Position numbers and translations under genes: made by a program. Shown one piece after another: positions 8,590-19,500 of a stretch of 55,050 nt of DNA. Position 1 is the first letter of the stretch; every line of letters begins with the position of its first letter. Below the pieces are notes generated by a model that saw only the letters and a program-made list of their open reading frames with translations, had not been told where the DNA came from and did no database searches. The stretch is from a virus (lineage: Duplodnaviria; Caudoviricetes): positions 1 through 55,050 of IMG/VR virus record IMGVR_UViG_3300020445_000003, one strand, 5' to 3'.

Positions 8590-11500
8590 TTAGTTGTATC
8601 CTGGAATATTCCAATTAGCTTGTGTTTTTAAGAAAGTAACAATTTCTAAAGACTCTTCGCTAATTGCAAGGTGTTGTTGTGGTGCATTATTATCTGAATT
8701 ACCATTAATATAATTATTTCTCATATCTATTGTAACTCCACCTCTATTACTTGCATTATAACTAGCAAGAGCATCTGCAATAATTTTCTCTAATTCTCCA
8801 GCAGGTAATTGATTATTAGTAACGTCAAAATACCTCAATCGAGTAAGAGAAGCAATTGAACCTTCTGTATACCTATCAAACTTATTATTATATAGTGCAA
8901 TATATCTTACTCTAGGACATCCACCGAAGTTAGGAATATCATCTTCTATACTATTATAATGGCAATAGAATATATCTAGATTACTCAAATTACTAAACTC
9001 AGATAATTTAGTAAATCCAGTGCTATCTCCTCTTCTATTTTGGTGAAGATATAGTCTTCTCAATGATGTTAAATCAGTAAAAGGTGGTATAGTTCCATAT
9101 AACTCATTATTATGTAGATATATGTAATCAAGTTGCCTATTGGAAGAGAATGTTGGTAGTGGTCCTGTAAATCTATTAGAGTTAAGATACAAATATCTTA
9201 TTTTTGTCATTGTAGTAAATATTGGTAATCTACCACTAATTTGATAATTAGAATTAATCAATAGATTCCTCATTTCAATTGTATCTAAAAATGCATTTTG
9301 ATGTATTCCATCTTCAATTGGATCACTTGTATTATTACCTTTAGCAAAAGTTGTGCTCGAAAAATAAAAAGTCTCTAATTTTGCACATTGACTAAAGGTT
9401 GAAGCACTTATTACATGGTTTTGATCTGCAGTGGCTACATTTGGATCTCCACCAGTTATACGAGTACCACGAATATCAACATATCTCAGGTTAGAATTAC
9501 TACTAAAAGAAGGAATAGGACCAGTTAGACGAGAAGCATAGCAACGTATTTCTTGCAAAGCACTACAACCTGCAAGTTTATATCCAGTATGTTTTCCATC
9601 AGTAGTACCAGAAGTATTCTGACTCGTAAAGAATGAAGTAGTAGTATAATTATATTGATTAAGAAAATGAGTTAAGTTTAATCTATTTGGTATAGTTGGC
9701 ATTTCTAGTCCTGTATGTCCCATATCGATGGTTTTGAGATTCATACTCTGTAATTCAAAAGTAGTGTCAGAACTAAGATAATAATTATTATAAATGTCAA
9801 GAGTTTCTAAATCTGGTAAATTCATAATAGAATATCTACCAGTACTAGTACTAACCCACGATCCATCTCTATAAACTTGTCTGGTGTCATCCTGTTTCTG
9901 TACAGCAACAGTAATAGTTACCACACTGCCTTTTTGATCAGCAGTAAAATTCTTATCTACCGTTACTATATTACCTTTTATTCTTATTACTCTTGTATTA
10001 GATGGTATTCCTGTGTCACTACCTGTATTTGAAAGTACAGCACCAGGTGCTAATTTATAAGTATTTCCACTACAATTATATATTACATCCTTACCATTTT
10101 CATAATTTCCAGTAAAAGTAAAAGTTGCAGTATCTGTAGTATTAGTACCAGTTACATCGATTCTACGAAAACTATTATTACGAGCATTGAAATTTATTAT
10201 AGTTTTAGGAACATTGGGTAATGTAGCAGTCGCACTATTACTAGAATTCCTATCATTATCATCAGGATAAAAACTTTGACCACCACCCCTATAAAAACTC
10301 AAAGTCGTTAGTTCAGGAAAACGATCTACAAATATATTTCTTTCTATAGATCCATTGAAAGTTCTACCCATATATATTTCTTTCATCGTAATTGGCATCT
10401 TATTCGTAATTTCCTGCGTCAATATCCTTTCTGATCTAGTTTCACTTAAATGAAGAGGATTAGTAGAAATATCTAAAACTTGTAATGCAGGAGTTATACT
10501 ATTAAAATTAGAAAAATTAGAAATATTATTATTATTTAACGAAAAAGAAGTTAATTGGCTAAATTTAGCAACAGGCAACTCTTCAATATTAGCAGATACA
10601 AGTCGAATTGATGTAATTTCATCCGCAGGATAATAAAGTTCAATAAATCTTTCTCTAGATCTAGAAGTTCGATATCTTGGTATACTTAAAGAATTTTTAT
10701 AATTAGAATAACTATTTCTATCATCAGTTCTAACTACTTTCCAACTAGGTGCTATGGTATTACCATCAGCAGAAATAGTATTAACAGTACAGTTAACATT
10801 ATCCAAACTTCTAAAAAATCCCCTAAATGCAAGTGGAATACCTTTCATTGCATAAAGATAGCGAACTTCTCCATCAAGATGAATTTTAATCTTAGAAGTA
10901 GGAATTTCAGATGGAAATTCAACTTGCGTTGGAGTTAATGTGGTCTGTAATCTTCTTCCACTAGCACCACTTGTACTAGTATAGGTAATTTCAGCAATTT
11001 CATCAGTCTCTTGTGGATCGGCTGTAGATGATGCCTGTTCTCCAAATCTCAATAAACCTCTATCTGCACCAGAATTATATTTTATTTGTATTCTTGAACC
11101 ATAAGATATTCTAGCTAATCTTTGAATATTAAGATTCTGACTATTTGCTCTACCATCAGAAGAACTCCAAGCACTAACTCGTGAAGTTGAGATGTCTGCA
11201 AGTGCAACACGAAAAGGATCATCACTAGTATCAGTAACCGTCATATTCAGCTCTACTGGTACACCAGTCATAGTACCCAACAATTTTATTGCATCACCAA
11301 CACTATAACCACTTCCTTTATTATTTACCGTTACATTAACATTAGCACTACCACCATCAACATCAACTACAACATCAAAAGTAGCCTTTCCATCTCCTGG
11401 TATTTCATCTTCTCTATCTAGTATATAGTAAACAGTGGTTACATCAGGGTCTATATCAAGTATAGCACCAGTAGCAGAAAAGAAACGTCCTTTATTCACA

Positions 11501-12219
11501 CGCACTGTTAAATCATTATAATCTCCATCAGGAGTACCACCATTATCAGTATCATCTATTTTTAATACTCTGCCAGGAACAGAGTATGAATCAGAATCAA
11601 TCTTTACTCTATGAGCATTTGTAAAAGTTATTGGATATGCCGTTTGCACACAAAAGTGATCAGTAGCACCACCAGGATTTGGATTAGTGGATTCATAATC
11701 GTGTACCAAGCCTGGTTGCACTGTTATACTAGCACTTGAATAATGACTAGCAGATGAAGTGACATATACAGAAACTTGTTCATATGCATAAACATTAGTA
11801 TAGGTTCCCACATTATAATCGCCAACAGGACCACCATGAGAAGCATTTATTGCTTCAATTCTTCCAGTAACACCACCTTTCAAATAACGATATCTAATTG
11901 CAGATCCACTTAAAACACCATTAACATCTAAGTCACCAAATAGCATTTTATCGATACCTGCCCTTATATCCAATAAACCTTCATACCTACCAGCATCACC
12001 ACTGTACCTATCTAATTTCTTCCATATAGGTGTATTGAGACTACTAAAACTACGCCAATCTGCAGCATCCACAGGAGTCTCTGCTTCTGAAGATTTATAT
12101 ATTACTGACAAATCTAATGCATTGACACCTAAATTTTTTAATGCTACATCTTTATCTAAGACATCAGCAAAATACTGATTGACATCTAAACCAAATATTT
12201 TAGGATTCTTAATTGACAT
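8590..12219 (-). CDS. Leucine-rich-repeat virion-associated protein (1209 aa)
   Basis: Repeats such as IRYLYLNSNRFTGPLPTF, LDYIYLHNNELYGTIPPF and LRYFDVTNNQL fit LxxLxLxxNxL. Confidence 0.8.
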   Translation of the reverse strand: MSIKNPKIFGLDVNQYFADVLDKDVALKNLGVNALDLSVIYKSSEAETPVDAADWRSFSSLNTPIWKKLDRYSGDAGRYEGLLDIRAGIDKMLFGDLDVNGVLSGSAIRYRYLKGGVTGRIEAINASHGGPVGDYNVGTYTNVYAYEQVSVYVTSSASHYSSASITVQPGLVHDYESTNPNPGGATDHFCVQTAYPITFTNAHRVKIDSDSYSVPGRVLKIDDTDNGGTPDGDYNDLTVRVNKGRFFSATGAILDIDPDVTTVYYILDREDEIPGDGKATFDVVVDVDGGSANVNVTVNNKGSGYSVGDAIKLLGTMTGVPVELNMTVTDTSDDPFRVALADISTSRVSAWSSSDGRANSQNLNIQRLARISYGSRIQIKYNSGADRGLLRFGEQASSTADPQETDEIAEITYTSTSGASGRRLQTTLTPTQVEFPSEIPTSKIKIHLDGEVRYLYAMKGIPLAFRGFFRSLDNVNCTVNTISADGNTIAPSWKVVRTDDRNSYSNYKNSLSIPRYRTSRSRERFIELYYPADEITSIRLVSANIEELPVAKFSQLTSFSLNNNNISNFSNFNSITPALQVLDISTNPLHLSETRSERILTQEITNKMPITMKEIYMGRTFNGSIERNIFVDRFPELTTLSFYRGGGQSFYPDDNDRNSSNSATATLPNVPKTIINFNARNNSFRRIDVTGTNTTDTATFTFTGNYENGKDVIYNCSGNTYKLAPGAVLSNTGSDTGIPSNTRVIRIKGNIVTVDKNFTADQKGSVVTITVAVQKQDDTRQVYRDGSWVSTSTGRYSIMNLPDLETLDIYNNYYLSSDTTFELQSMNLKTIDMGHTGLEMPTIPNRLNLTHFLNQYNYTTTSFFTSQNTSGTTDGKHTGYKLAGCSALQEIRCYASRLTGPIPSFSSNSNLRYVDIRGTRITGGDPNVATADQNHVISASTFSQCAKLETFYFSSTTFAKGNNTSDPIEDGIHQNAFLDTIEMRNLLINSNYQISGRLPIFTTMTKIRYLYLNSNRFTGPLPTFSSNRQLDYIYLHNNELYGTIPPFTDLTSLRRLYLHQNRRGDSTGFTKLSEFSNLSNLDIFYCHYNSIEDDIPNFGGCPRVRYIALYNNKFDRYTEGSIASLTRLRYFDVTNNQLPAGELEKIIADALASYNASNRGGVTIDMRNNYINGNSDNNAPQQHLAISEESLEIVTFLKTQANWNIPGYN

Positions 12220-12236
12220 ACTAATATCTTTTTATA

Positions 12237-12243
12237 TATTTAT
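12237..12243 (-). promoter_or_regulatory. T4-type late promoter (ATAAATA)
   Basis: AATAAATA about 18 nt upstream of ATG 12219. Confidence 0.55.
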
Positions 12244-15200
12244 TATTGTTCTTTAAAGTTTAATGACATATTTACATTAGTTTCTGTATTAGTACCATCA
12301 ATTCTTTTAGCAATAAAAAATGTAGCCTCAACATTATTATTATCTGGTACTATTGCTTGTCTATCTGCACCAAAAACATCACTCAAATCGATAGTTTCAG
12401 ATTCATCTTGACCAATATACATATTATCTATAACTTTATATCCAGATCTCAATTTTGCTTCATTTTGATTTTCCAATTCACCAGCAGATAATCTTTCCAA
12501 TTCATCGAAATGAGTAGAAGCCTCATTTCTATTTGCATTTCCACTGGCATTAGTAATAGTTGCTCTACTATATTCAGTACCACTAATAGTTTCCTTCAAG
12601 AAGTATAATGGTGGTGTAATAGTTTTAGTTGTATCACCTATAGTTTCCTTAACAGTAATTCCATTAACTGCAGCCTTATCTCTCATTTTTATTATTAAAA
12701 ATAATGGAAATGGATTAAATTCATATAATCTTCTACTTGCAATTGTAGAAGGACTAGACGAACCATACTCTTTACCAGAATATGATCTAATTGGACGATA
12801 TGCAACTACAAGTTCAGAACCATCTACTCTCTCAATAAGTGTACTATTAGCACTACCATTAGGAAGAGGATCATTATTATTATTTTTAAATTCTACATAC
12901 CAATACGTTTTCTCACCACCTGTAGTTTGATCTGTCTCTTGATATGATTGTGGTTCACCAACATAATAAAATCCAGTTTGTGGTACGTTGATTTTCATAG
13001 GTTCACCATCAAGAGGATCAATTATAGTTAAAGTTTCCTGAAGTGCCAATTCACCTCCATCATAAGTAACATCAGGCCAAACACTGAATGGATCTTTCAT
13101 CACCAAAAATTGTCTTGTTCCTACTTGATCTGATGTTGGTTTACCATTAGCATCAATATCACCATTTCTAACGTATACTACTCCATCTTGAGGTCGTGGT
13201 TCTTCGGTTTCTATAGTTAATATTGAACAACGTCCTCCTCCAGGATTAGAAACAGTTGGTATTCTATAATCTATACCCATCCTAACTCTAGTATTTTGAA
13301 CTCCCCAAGCTTCAGTTGTCTCTTGACCATATGCATTTACAGCAGCATAGTTTTGAGAATGTTCTCCAAAGATTATTTCCCCTTCTGGTGGATTCGATAC
13401 ATTTCTACTAATACCTCCTACAGTTTCGGAAACTGTAGTTTGTAAAATATCATTCTTTGTCCAATTAGTAAATTCTGCTGCTGCATCATTACCAGTACTT
13501 GACAACTTAGTACCTCCTGATAAAACTGGTCTCCATTTAGACAATCCAATTAAAAAATCTGCAAAATGTGCATAATCATCACCATTTTGTGGATTTAAGA
13601 ACTGAATTTCTATTTTACTTCCAGTAAATTCATATGGAGATGCTGCGATTCCTGTAAGTTTACTTAATCTTATATTATGTGGGTATACATTTGCAGCATT
13701 ATTATTTCCGATAGGAATCTCAACATATTGACCAGTAACTTGATCAAGTACTGGATATAAAGAACCAGCTACTTTTCGTTCACCACTAAATTTAAATCCT
13801 GGAGAATAACCTGCTAAATTTGCACTATCGTATCTATCTTCAGTAATACCATTACCAAGATCAACAGTGGTCTTACCCTCCAATGATTTAATATAAGCGT
13901 TATTAATAGATGGTGCAATAATTTTTGCACCTATATCAGCAGCAGTAAAATAATCTGCATCAATACTATTAGATTCAGAATAGGTTTGTATTTGACTTGC
14001 CGAAGTAAATACAATTCCCTTTCTGTTATTACTAACTGCATCACCAGTAGAAGTAATTATTCTACCGTTAGTTCCAGTTTCTACTCCTGGTGTATAAACA
14101 TAACCAAATCCAGGACATCCTTTACAAACTACAGTACTTAATTTTGTCAATGCTCCTGCAGTAATATTCAATTGTGTAGGTATTATCATTTTCTTATTGA
14201 TTATTTCTGCTCCCATACTATTTGATATCACATCTTTTGGTCTAATAGCTAATAAAGACCTTTCACCTAAACCAGAAACTTTTGTTTCATTACTATCACC
14301 CGAATATATTGTTGTTGTTCCTTCATCTCCACCATCAATATAATATGATGCACCATACTTAGTAACTTGTTGTGGTTCTCTAAAAGTACTTGTATTTGTA
14401 ACATTAACTCTATAAATCATTCTAAAATAAGAATCTCGTAAACAAGGTTCCTTTAATTTATTTTCAATTACTAATGTATGAATTACAACCCATCTTGCAT
14501 CTCCTGATCCTACAGGAATGTAAGCATAGAATCTAGCACCAATAGCACCATACCAACCAAATTCAATCTTCCACATAGTAACTTTACTAGGTGAAATATT
14601 ATACTCAGAACGTCCTCTTCCATCCAAAGGATCTCCGTTAAAAAAGTCAGTTGATATTTCTGTTACATAATGGTACTCCTCGTCTCTAAATGGATCTCCA
14701 GATGCTTTAAGACCACTAATATCATTTTGAACCTGTACTTCTGCATCATCTTTAAGACCATTTTGTCTTAGAAGGTCTACTCCCAAAGGAATACTACTTC
14801 TACGTACAATATAAAGTTGTCCAGATCTAACTCTAAATGTATACTCATCAGTTGGGTTCGATATACCCCATTCATTAAAATATCCACTTCTAGATTCATC
14901 ACTAGCCTTTACACCAAATGTAAATCCACTAATTCTACCTGGTTGGTACCTAAAAACTCTTCTCGATTGCATTTGAGTAAAATGCCTTTCACCTGTACCA
15001 TATCCTGGTAGAGTAGTTGCAGCATATGATATTTCTCCTGTATCATAAAATGAAGTACCATGTTCTTTATTATGATTCTGAATAACACCTCTAATATCAA
15101 TAAAATTCATAGCTAAACCAGTTACTGGATTGGCTAATTCACCCTTTTCAAGTTTAACCCAAACGTCTGTCCAAGTATCAATTTGTGCAAATGAAATGGA

Positions 15201-16532
15201 CAATCCTGCAGTATATGATACATCACTTGGAGTTTTTGTTATATCAATTTTAGTAATAGTTTTATCTAAAAAATTATCTTTCCAATCTGAAGGATAATGA
15301 GAATAATCAGAATGACTATACAAGTCATAAAGATCATTACCTAATTGAATAAAGTTTTTATAGGTATTAAATTTATCTTCATCATATACTCCCAATCTAG
15401 CCCATAATGGTCCAAAAGGATAAGTATAAGGTACAGGATAAGAACCTATCTGAACACCAGATTCCTCTGTTATCTCTGAAATTTTAGTGCTATATCTTGA
15501 CCCATAAACTTTATTTTGACGATCTTGCCATTCCGATACACTATACCCAGTTGAACTCCAACTAAAAGTTTCAAACTCATCTGGATCTAATCCATAAGAA
15601 GATACATTGGAAAATAAACTAAGTTGAGTTTCTGCACGATTAACACCAAGTAATGTTGTGCTAACTTCACTGGTTTCTTTAAATTGTTCTTCTACTTTCC
15701 AAGTAGCATTAGATTTTCTAGTTGCTGCTGTTGGTCTTCTTATATCAATAAAAGTATTATGTCTAATACCAAATGCTGGTGGTTGAATATTTAACTCATT
15801 ACTTAAAACTACTCTATAATTATGACTTACTTCTGTTATTTGTGTTCCATTTGGAATATGATTTTCATTTATTTTAGAATATTGAGTAGAAGCTGCTCCT
15901 ATTGCAGCATTACTACTATCACTACTTAAACTATCACTAAATTTAAGTCCTAATCCATAAATTCCTTTACCTGAATCTAAGTTATCAAAATATAATTTAT
16001 TTCTAGGTCCAGGTTGTTCTTCTTTAGTTCTTATTACAGGCCATTTAGCACATAATGAAGAATCTCTTTGTGTATAAGTTTCCGAAGACGTATCTTGAGT
16101 CTCAGTAAGACCTGTTGCTGCATCTCCATCATACCAAGTAACATCACTATCACTAGTATCTAATGTTCCTACTGTAGGTTTAACAGTTACTAAAGTACCA
16201 TTCCTTTGTTTTACAATCGGTCTATTTGTAGTTCCATAAAGTGCAGTAACTACTTCATAATTACCACATAAAGCATTTAAACCACTTGCAAGTTGACTAA
16301 AATTTGTAACTGGATACTTATCATCTTTTTCCAAAAAAGCAACAGAAGTTGCCTTTGCCATCGTTGCATCTGCAATAAAATAAGTATCAACTTTAGTAAC
16401 TAGTCTATTACCAAACTCATCAGTCAAATATTGTCCACTTGCTTTATTATAAAGAAACTGCTCATCATTAGGGACAACAGAAACTGGTCGTTTGTCATCC
16501 CCAAACTTAATATCCTTACCGCCACTTGCCAT
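12243..16532 (-). CDS. Large virion structural protein (1429 aa), paralogue of 16536-20663
   Basis: Motifs FRYQPGR, KVTMWKIEFGWYGA and KYGASYYIDGGD are shared with the neighbour. Confidence 0.75.
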   Translation of the reverse strand: MASGGKDIKFGDDKRPVSVVPNDEQFLYNKASGQYLTDEFGNRLVTKVDTYFIADATMAKATSVAFLEKDDKYPVTNFSQLASGLNALCGNYEVVTALYGTTNRPIVKQRNGTLVTVKPTVGTLDTSDSDVTWYDGDAATGLTETQDTSSETYTQRDSSLCAKWPVIRTKEEQPGPRNKLYFDNLDSGKGIYGLGLKFSDSLSSDSSNAAIGAASTQYSKINENHIPNGTQITEVSHNYRVVLSNELNIQPPAFGIRHNTFIDIRRPTAATRKSNATWKVEEQFKETSEVSTTLLGVNRAETQLSLFSNVSSYGLDPDEFETFSWSSTGYSVSEWQDRQNKVYGSRYSTKISEITEESGVQIGSYPVPYTYPFGPLWARLGVYDEDKFNTYKNFIQLGNDLYDLYSHSDYSHYPSDWKDNFLDKTITKIDITKTPSDVSYTAGLSISFAQIDTWTDVWVKLEKGELANPVTGLAMNFIDIRGVIQNHNKEHGTSFYDTGEISYAATTLPGYGTGERHFTQMQSRRVFRYQPGRISGFTFGVKASDESRSGYFNEWGISNPTDEYTFRVRSGQLYIVRRSSIPLGVDLLRQNGLKDDAEVQVQNDISGLKASGDPFRDEEYHYVTEISTDFFNGDPLDGRGRSEYNISPSKVTMWKIEFGWYGAIGARFYAYIPVGSGDARWVVIHTLVIENKLKEPCLRDSYFRMIYRVNVTNTSTFREPQQVTKYGASYYIDGGDEGTTTIYSGDSNETKVSGLGERSLLAIRPKDVISNSMGAEIINKKMIIPTQLNITAGALTKLSTVVCKGCPGFGYVYTPGVETGTNGRIITSTGDAVSNNRKGIVFTSASQIQTYSESNSIDADYFTAADIGAKIIAPSINNAYIKSLEGKTTVDLGNGITEDRYDSANLAGYSPGFKFSGERKVAGSLYPVLDQVTGQYVEIPIGNNNAANVYPHNIRLSKLTGIAASPYEFTGSKIEIQFLNPQNGDDYAHFADFLIGLSKWRPVLSGGTKLSSTGNDAAAEFTNWTKNDILQTTVSETVGGISRNVSNPPEGEIIFGEHSQNYAAVNAYGQETTEAWGVQNTRVRMGIDYRIPTVSNPGGGRCSILTIETEEPRPQDGVVYVRNGDIDANGKPTSDQVGTRQFLVMKDPFSVWPDVTYDGGELALQETLTIIDPLDGEPMKINVPQTGFYYVGEPQSYQETDQTTGGEKTYWYVEFKNNNNDPLPNGSANSTLIERVDGSELVVAYRPIRSYSGKEYGSSSPSTIASRRLYEFNPFPLFLIIKMRDKAAVNGITVKETIGDTTKTITPPLYFLKETISGTEYSRATITNASGNANRNEASTHFDELERLSAGELENQNEAKLRSGYKVIDNMYIGQDESETIDLSDVFGADRQAIVPDNNNVEATFFIAKRIDGTNTETNVNMSLNFKEQ

Positions 16533-16535
16533 TGA

Positions 16536-19500
16536 TCACTGCTCCTCCCAAGTTAGACTTGCAGATACTGCAGCGTGGGCAGTACCTGAACTATAAACTG
16601 ACTCTGAGGAACCTACCATATACAAACTCTCAACTTTATTAGTTAGGGGGAATGAAAGATACTCTTTATTGTAATCAAAGAAAGGAGATAAATCATAATT
16701 CTCACCAGATCCAGGTGCGAATATACTAGAAACAACAGTTCCAGAACCAGGAATAGGAGATCTCAACTCTGGATTAATCTTAACAGAAGATAAATCTGCT
16801 AATGTAAAACTATTATCTGAATAATATGGAACTCCTTCAGCCTTTGGAGTAGTATTTCTTTCTGCTAAGAATGGAAGACCTGTAACAAGAGGATCATTTG
16901 CAGATGTAATAACAATATCATCAGAACTTGCATTTAAAGCAGAGAAGTAATATGAACCAGAACTAATATTTTGTTGTCTCTTTAGTCCTCTATTCTCAAG
17001 ATATCCTAAGACGGATATTGGTAATTTAGGACTAGAATTTTTATAATATCCTCTCATCCATCCATAAACCCCAGTACCAGGATCTCTGATATATTCTGCA
17101 CTTGCCTGTCCAACTTTAACTGTAATCGTACCAGCACTTTGATCTGCTGATTTAATTTCTAAATATTGATCATAAGCAGGGTCAGTAGTACGAGGATAAT
17201 ACTTAGTAGAAACACCTTGTGGACTTGCAGCAGTCGCATCCAATGTACACTTAAATCCTAATGTTTCTTGTGCAATTTTAATTCGATGTCCACCACTACC
17301 TGAATATTGAGTATAACCATGATTAGCACCAATTGTCAGAACTAAAGTTCCACCTACATTGTAAGTACCTGCATCAGTTCCAGTATAAGTAGCAGCAGTT
17401 ACGGTTTTTGTAGCTAATACAGTAGTACCATTATAAGCATAAACAGTAATAGCATTAGTACCACTACTAGTGTCAAAAGTATGTTCACCAGCATAAATTA
17501 CTTCAGGTATTGAGACTGCTGTTGGTTTTCCTCTCTTACCAATATTAACTGAAGCACCTATAGTTGGTGCAGCATCATTAGCTGCTCCTGATCTTGTTAC
17601 TTTAGATTCAGTCTGGAATAAGGGACTCTTCAAGAAATCAACTTTAACTACTTTATCAGATCCAGTTGACATTCTAGTTGGATATACCTGTGTTCTATTT
17701 CTTACATCCTGTCCTAAACTACTCTGAATAAAGTCTCTACATTTAAGTCCAATAATTGGAGTAGGACGATCAGCTATAATACTAATTGTAGTACCATTAG
17801 CAGGAACTGCTTGTAAAGGAGCATTTAAGTAACACTTCTTAGTATCAGCATCAGTATAAACTATTCTAATATTCTGATCTAAAGAATTGTCAGTAATAAC
17901 TTTTGCTCCAACATAATAACTTGTAGCAATTCCAGTATCTCCACTATTAGGAATATATGTAATATGAGGACCATCAAGGTTTGTATAACCACTAGTAGCC
18001 GTATTAGTAATTGTTATTTTACCAGCATCACTACCAACAGTAAGGTTTCTCTTAGATCCGAATACATTTATTGCATCGTCTGTCGAATGACTGAATAGTT
18101 TTACAGTACCTCTATCTCCACCATCAATATAGTATGAAGCACCATACTTAACAATGTGCTGAGATGCACTAGTATAATCACTGAGTTTTAGTCTCTTATC
18201 ATTTAGATATCCAAAACGATCTTGGTTACCTCCACCATAAACCATATAGGTAATAGGTAGTGTTGCATTACCCAGAGAAGCGACCTTCAACTGGTTAGAT
18301 GCTCTCAAATGGTGTACACGTACCCAACGTGCTTCTCCGTTGCTTACAGGGACATATGCAAGGAATAGAGCACCAACAGCACCATACCATGAGAACTCAA
18401 TCTTGTACATAGTAACCTTGTCAAATTCAAGGTTCCAAATACTAGTATCCTCTTCAACAGCACCTGTGGTAGTGTTTAAAACTTTATCACCAGGTCTATA
18501 AGTACCAACAGCATCACTATAGAGAAGAGTATCGGTAAGCCCGTCTAATCTATCTCCACTAAATCTTGATCGTGGAATACGATATTCATATACATTCCAA
18601 TAATCCTTAGCAACGTTTTGGTTTACCCATTTATGATAATACTTATTAAGTTGATTAACTTGTTTTACAAATGTTGCACTAGCACTAGATTGAGTTAAAT
18701 CAAGTGTAGTATCGATATAACCCTCTTCTTTAGTACTATCGGCAGGATCTTTATATAATAATGGGAATGTACCAGTTCCTTGATTAGTTGCACTAGAAAT
18801 TCCTGTATGTACAGCATTTTTACCATATTCACTCACTACTGCTTGTATATTATTAGCAGCACTAGCATACTTATAAACTTGTGTACCTTTTAATGGTTGT
18901 ATGAATGGAACAGGAGTTATTAGGGTGTGATTTGTCCATGTATTACCATCAGTTACATTTGCCAAATCCGCTTCTACTAATTCTGTAGTTCCATCAAATG
19001 TAGATAATGTAACACTCACACTACCATTAGTATTAATATTATTTAAATTAAGAGTTTTTACCCTAAAGATTTGAGTATCTACAAGACCTCCAATAGCATT
19101 AGTATTGGATCCTTTTGAATATGAAACATGTTGTCCAACAGAAAGAGGTATTGCCCATCCAGGAGAAGTAGTAGCATTAGCAGCAGTAATAGTACCATCA
19201 GCATTATAAGGTCTATATGTTAGACCACCTGCATAGAATGTAGGTACAGTAGAAACACCAACATTAATAGTAAATGAAGTAGGTGAATTTACTTCAACAA
19301 TATTATATTCTTTATTATTATTTGGATATAATTTTACATACTTATCAATTAACTTCTCATTATCACCTGCAATAGTACCGTGAGCACTTTCATCAATTGC
19401 AGTTCCACCACTATATAATTTTTTAGTACCATCATCAAATGCAGCATTAAGTTGAGTAGTACTATAATCAGTTCCATAACTATATCTACAAGTCATTGCA

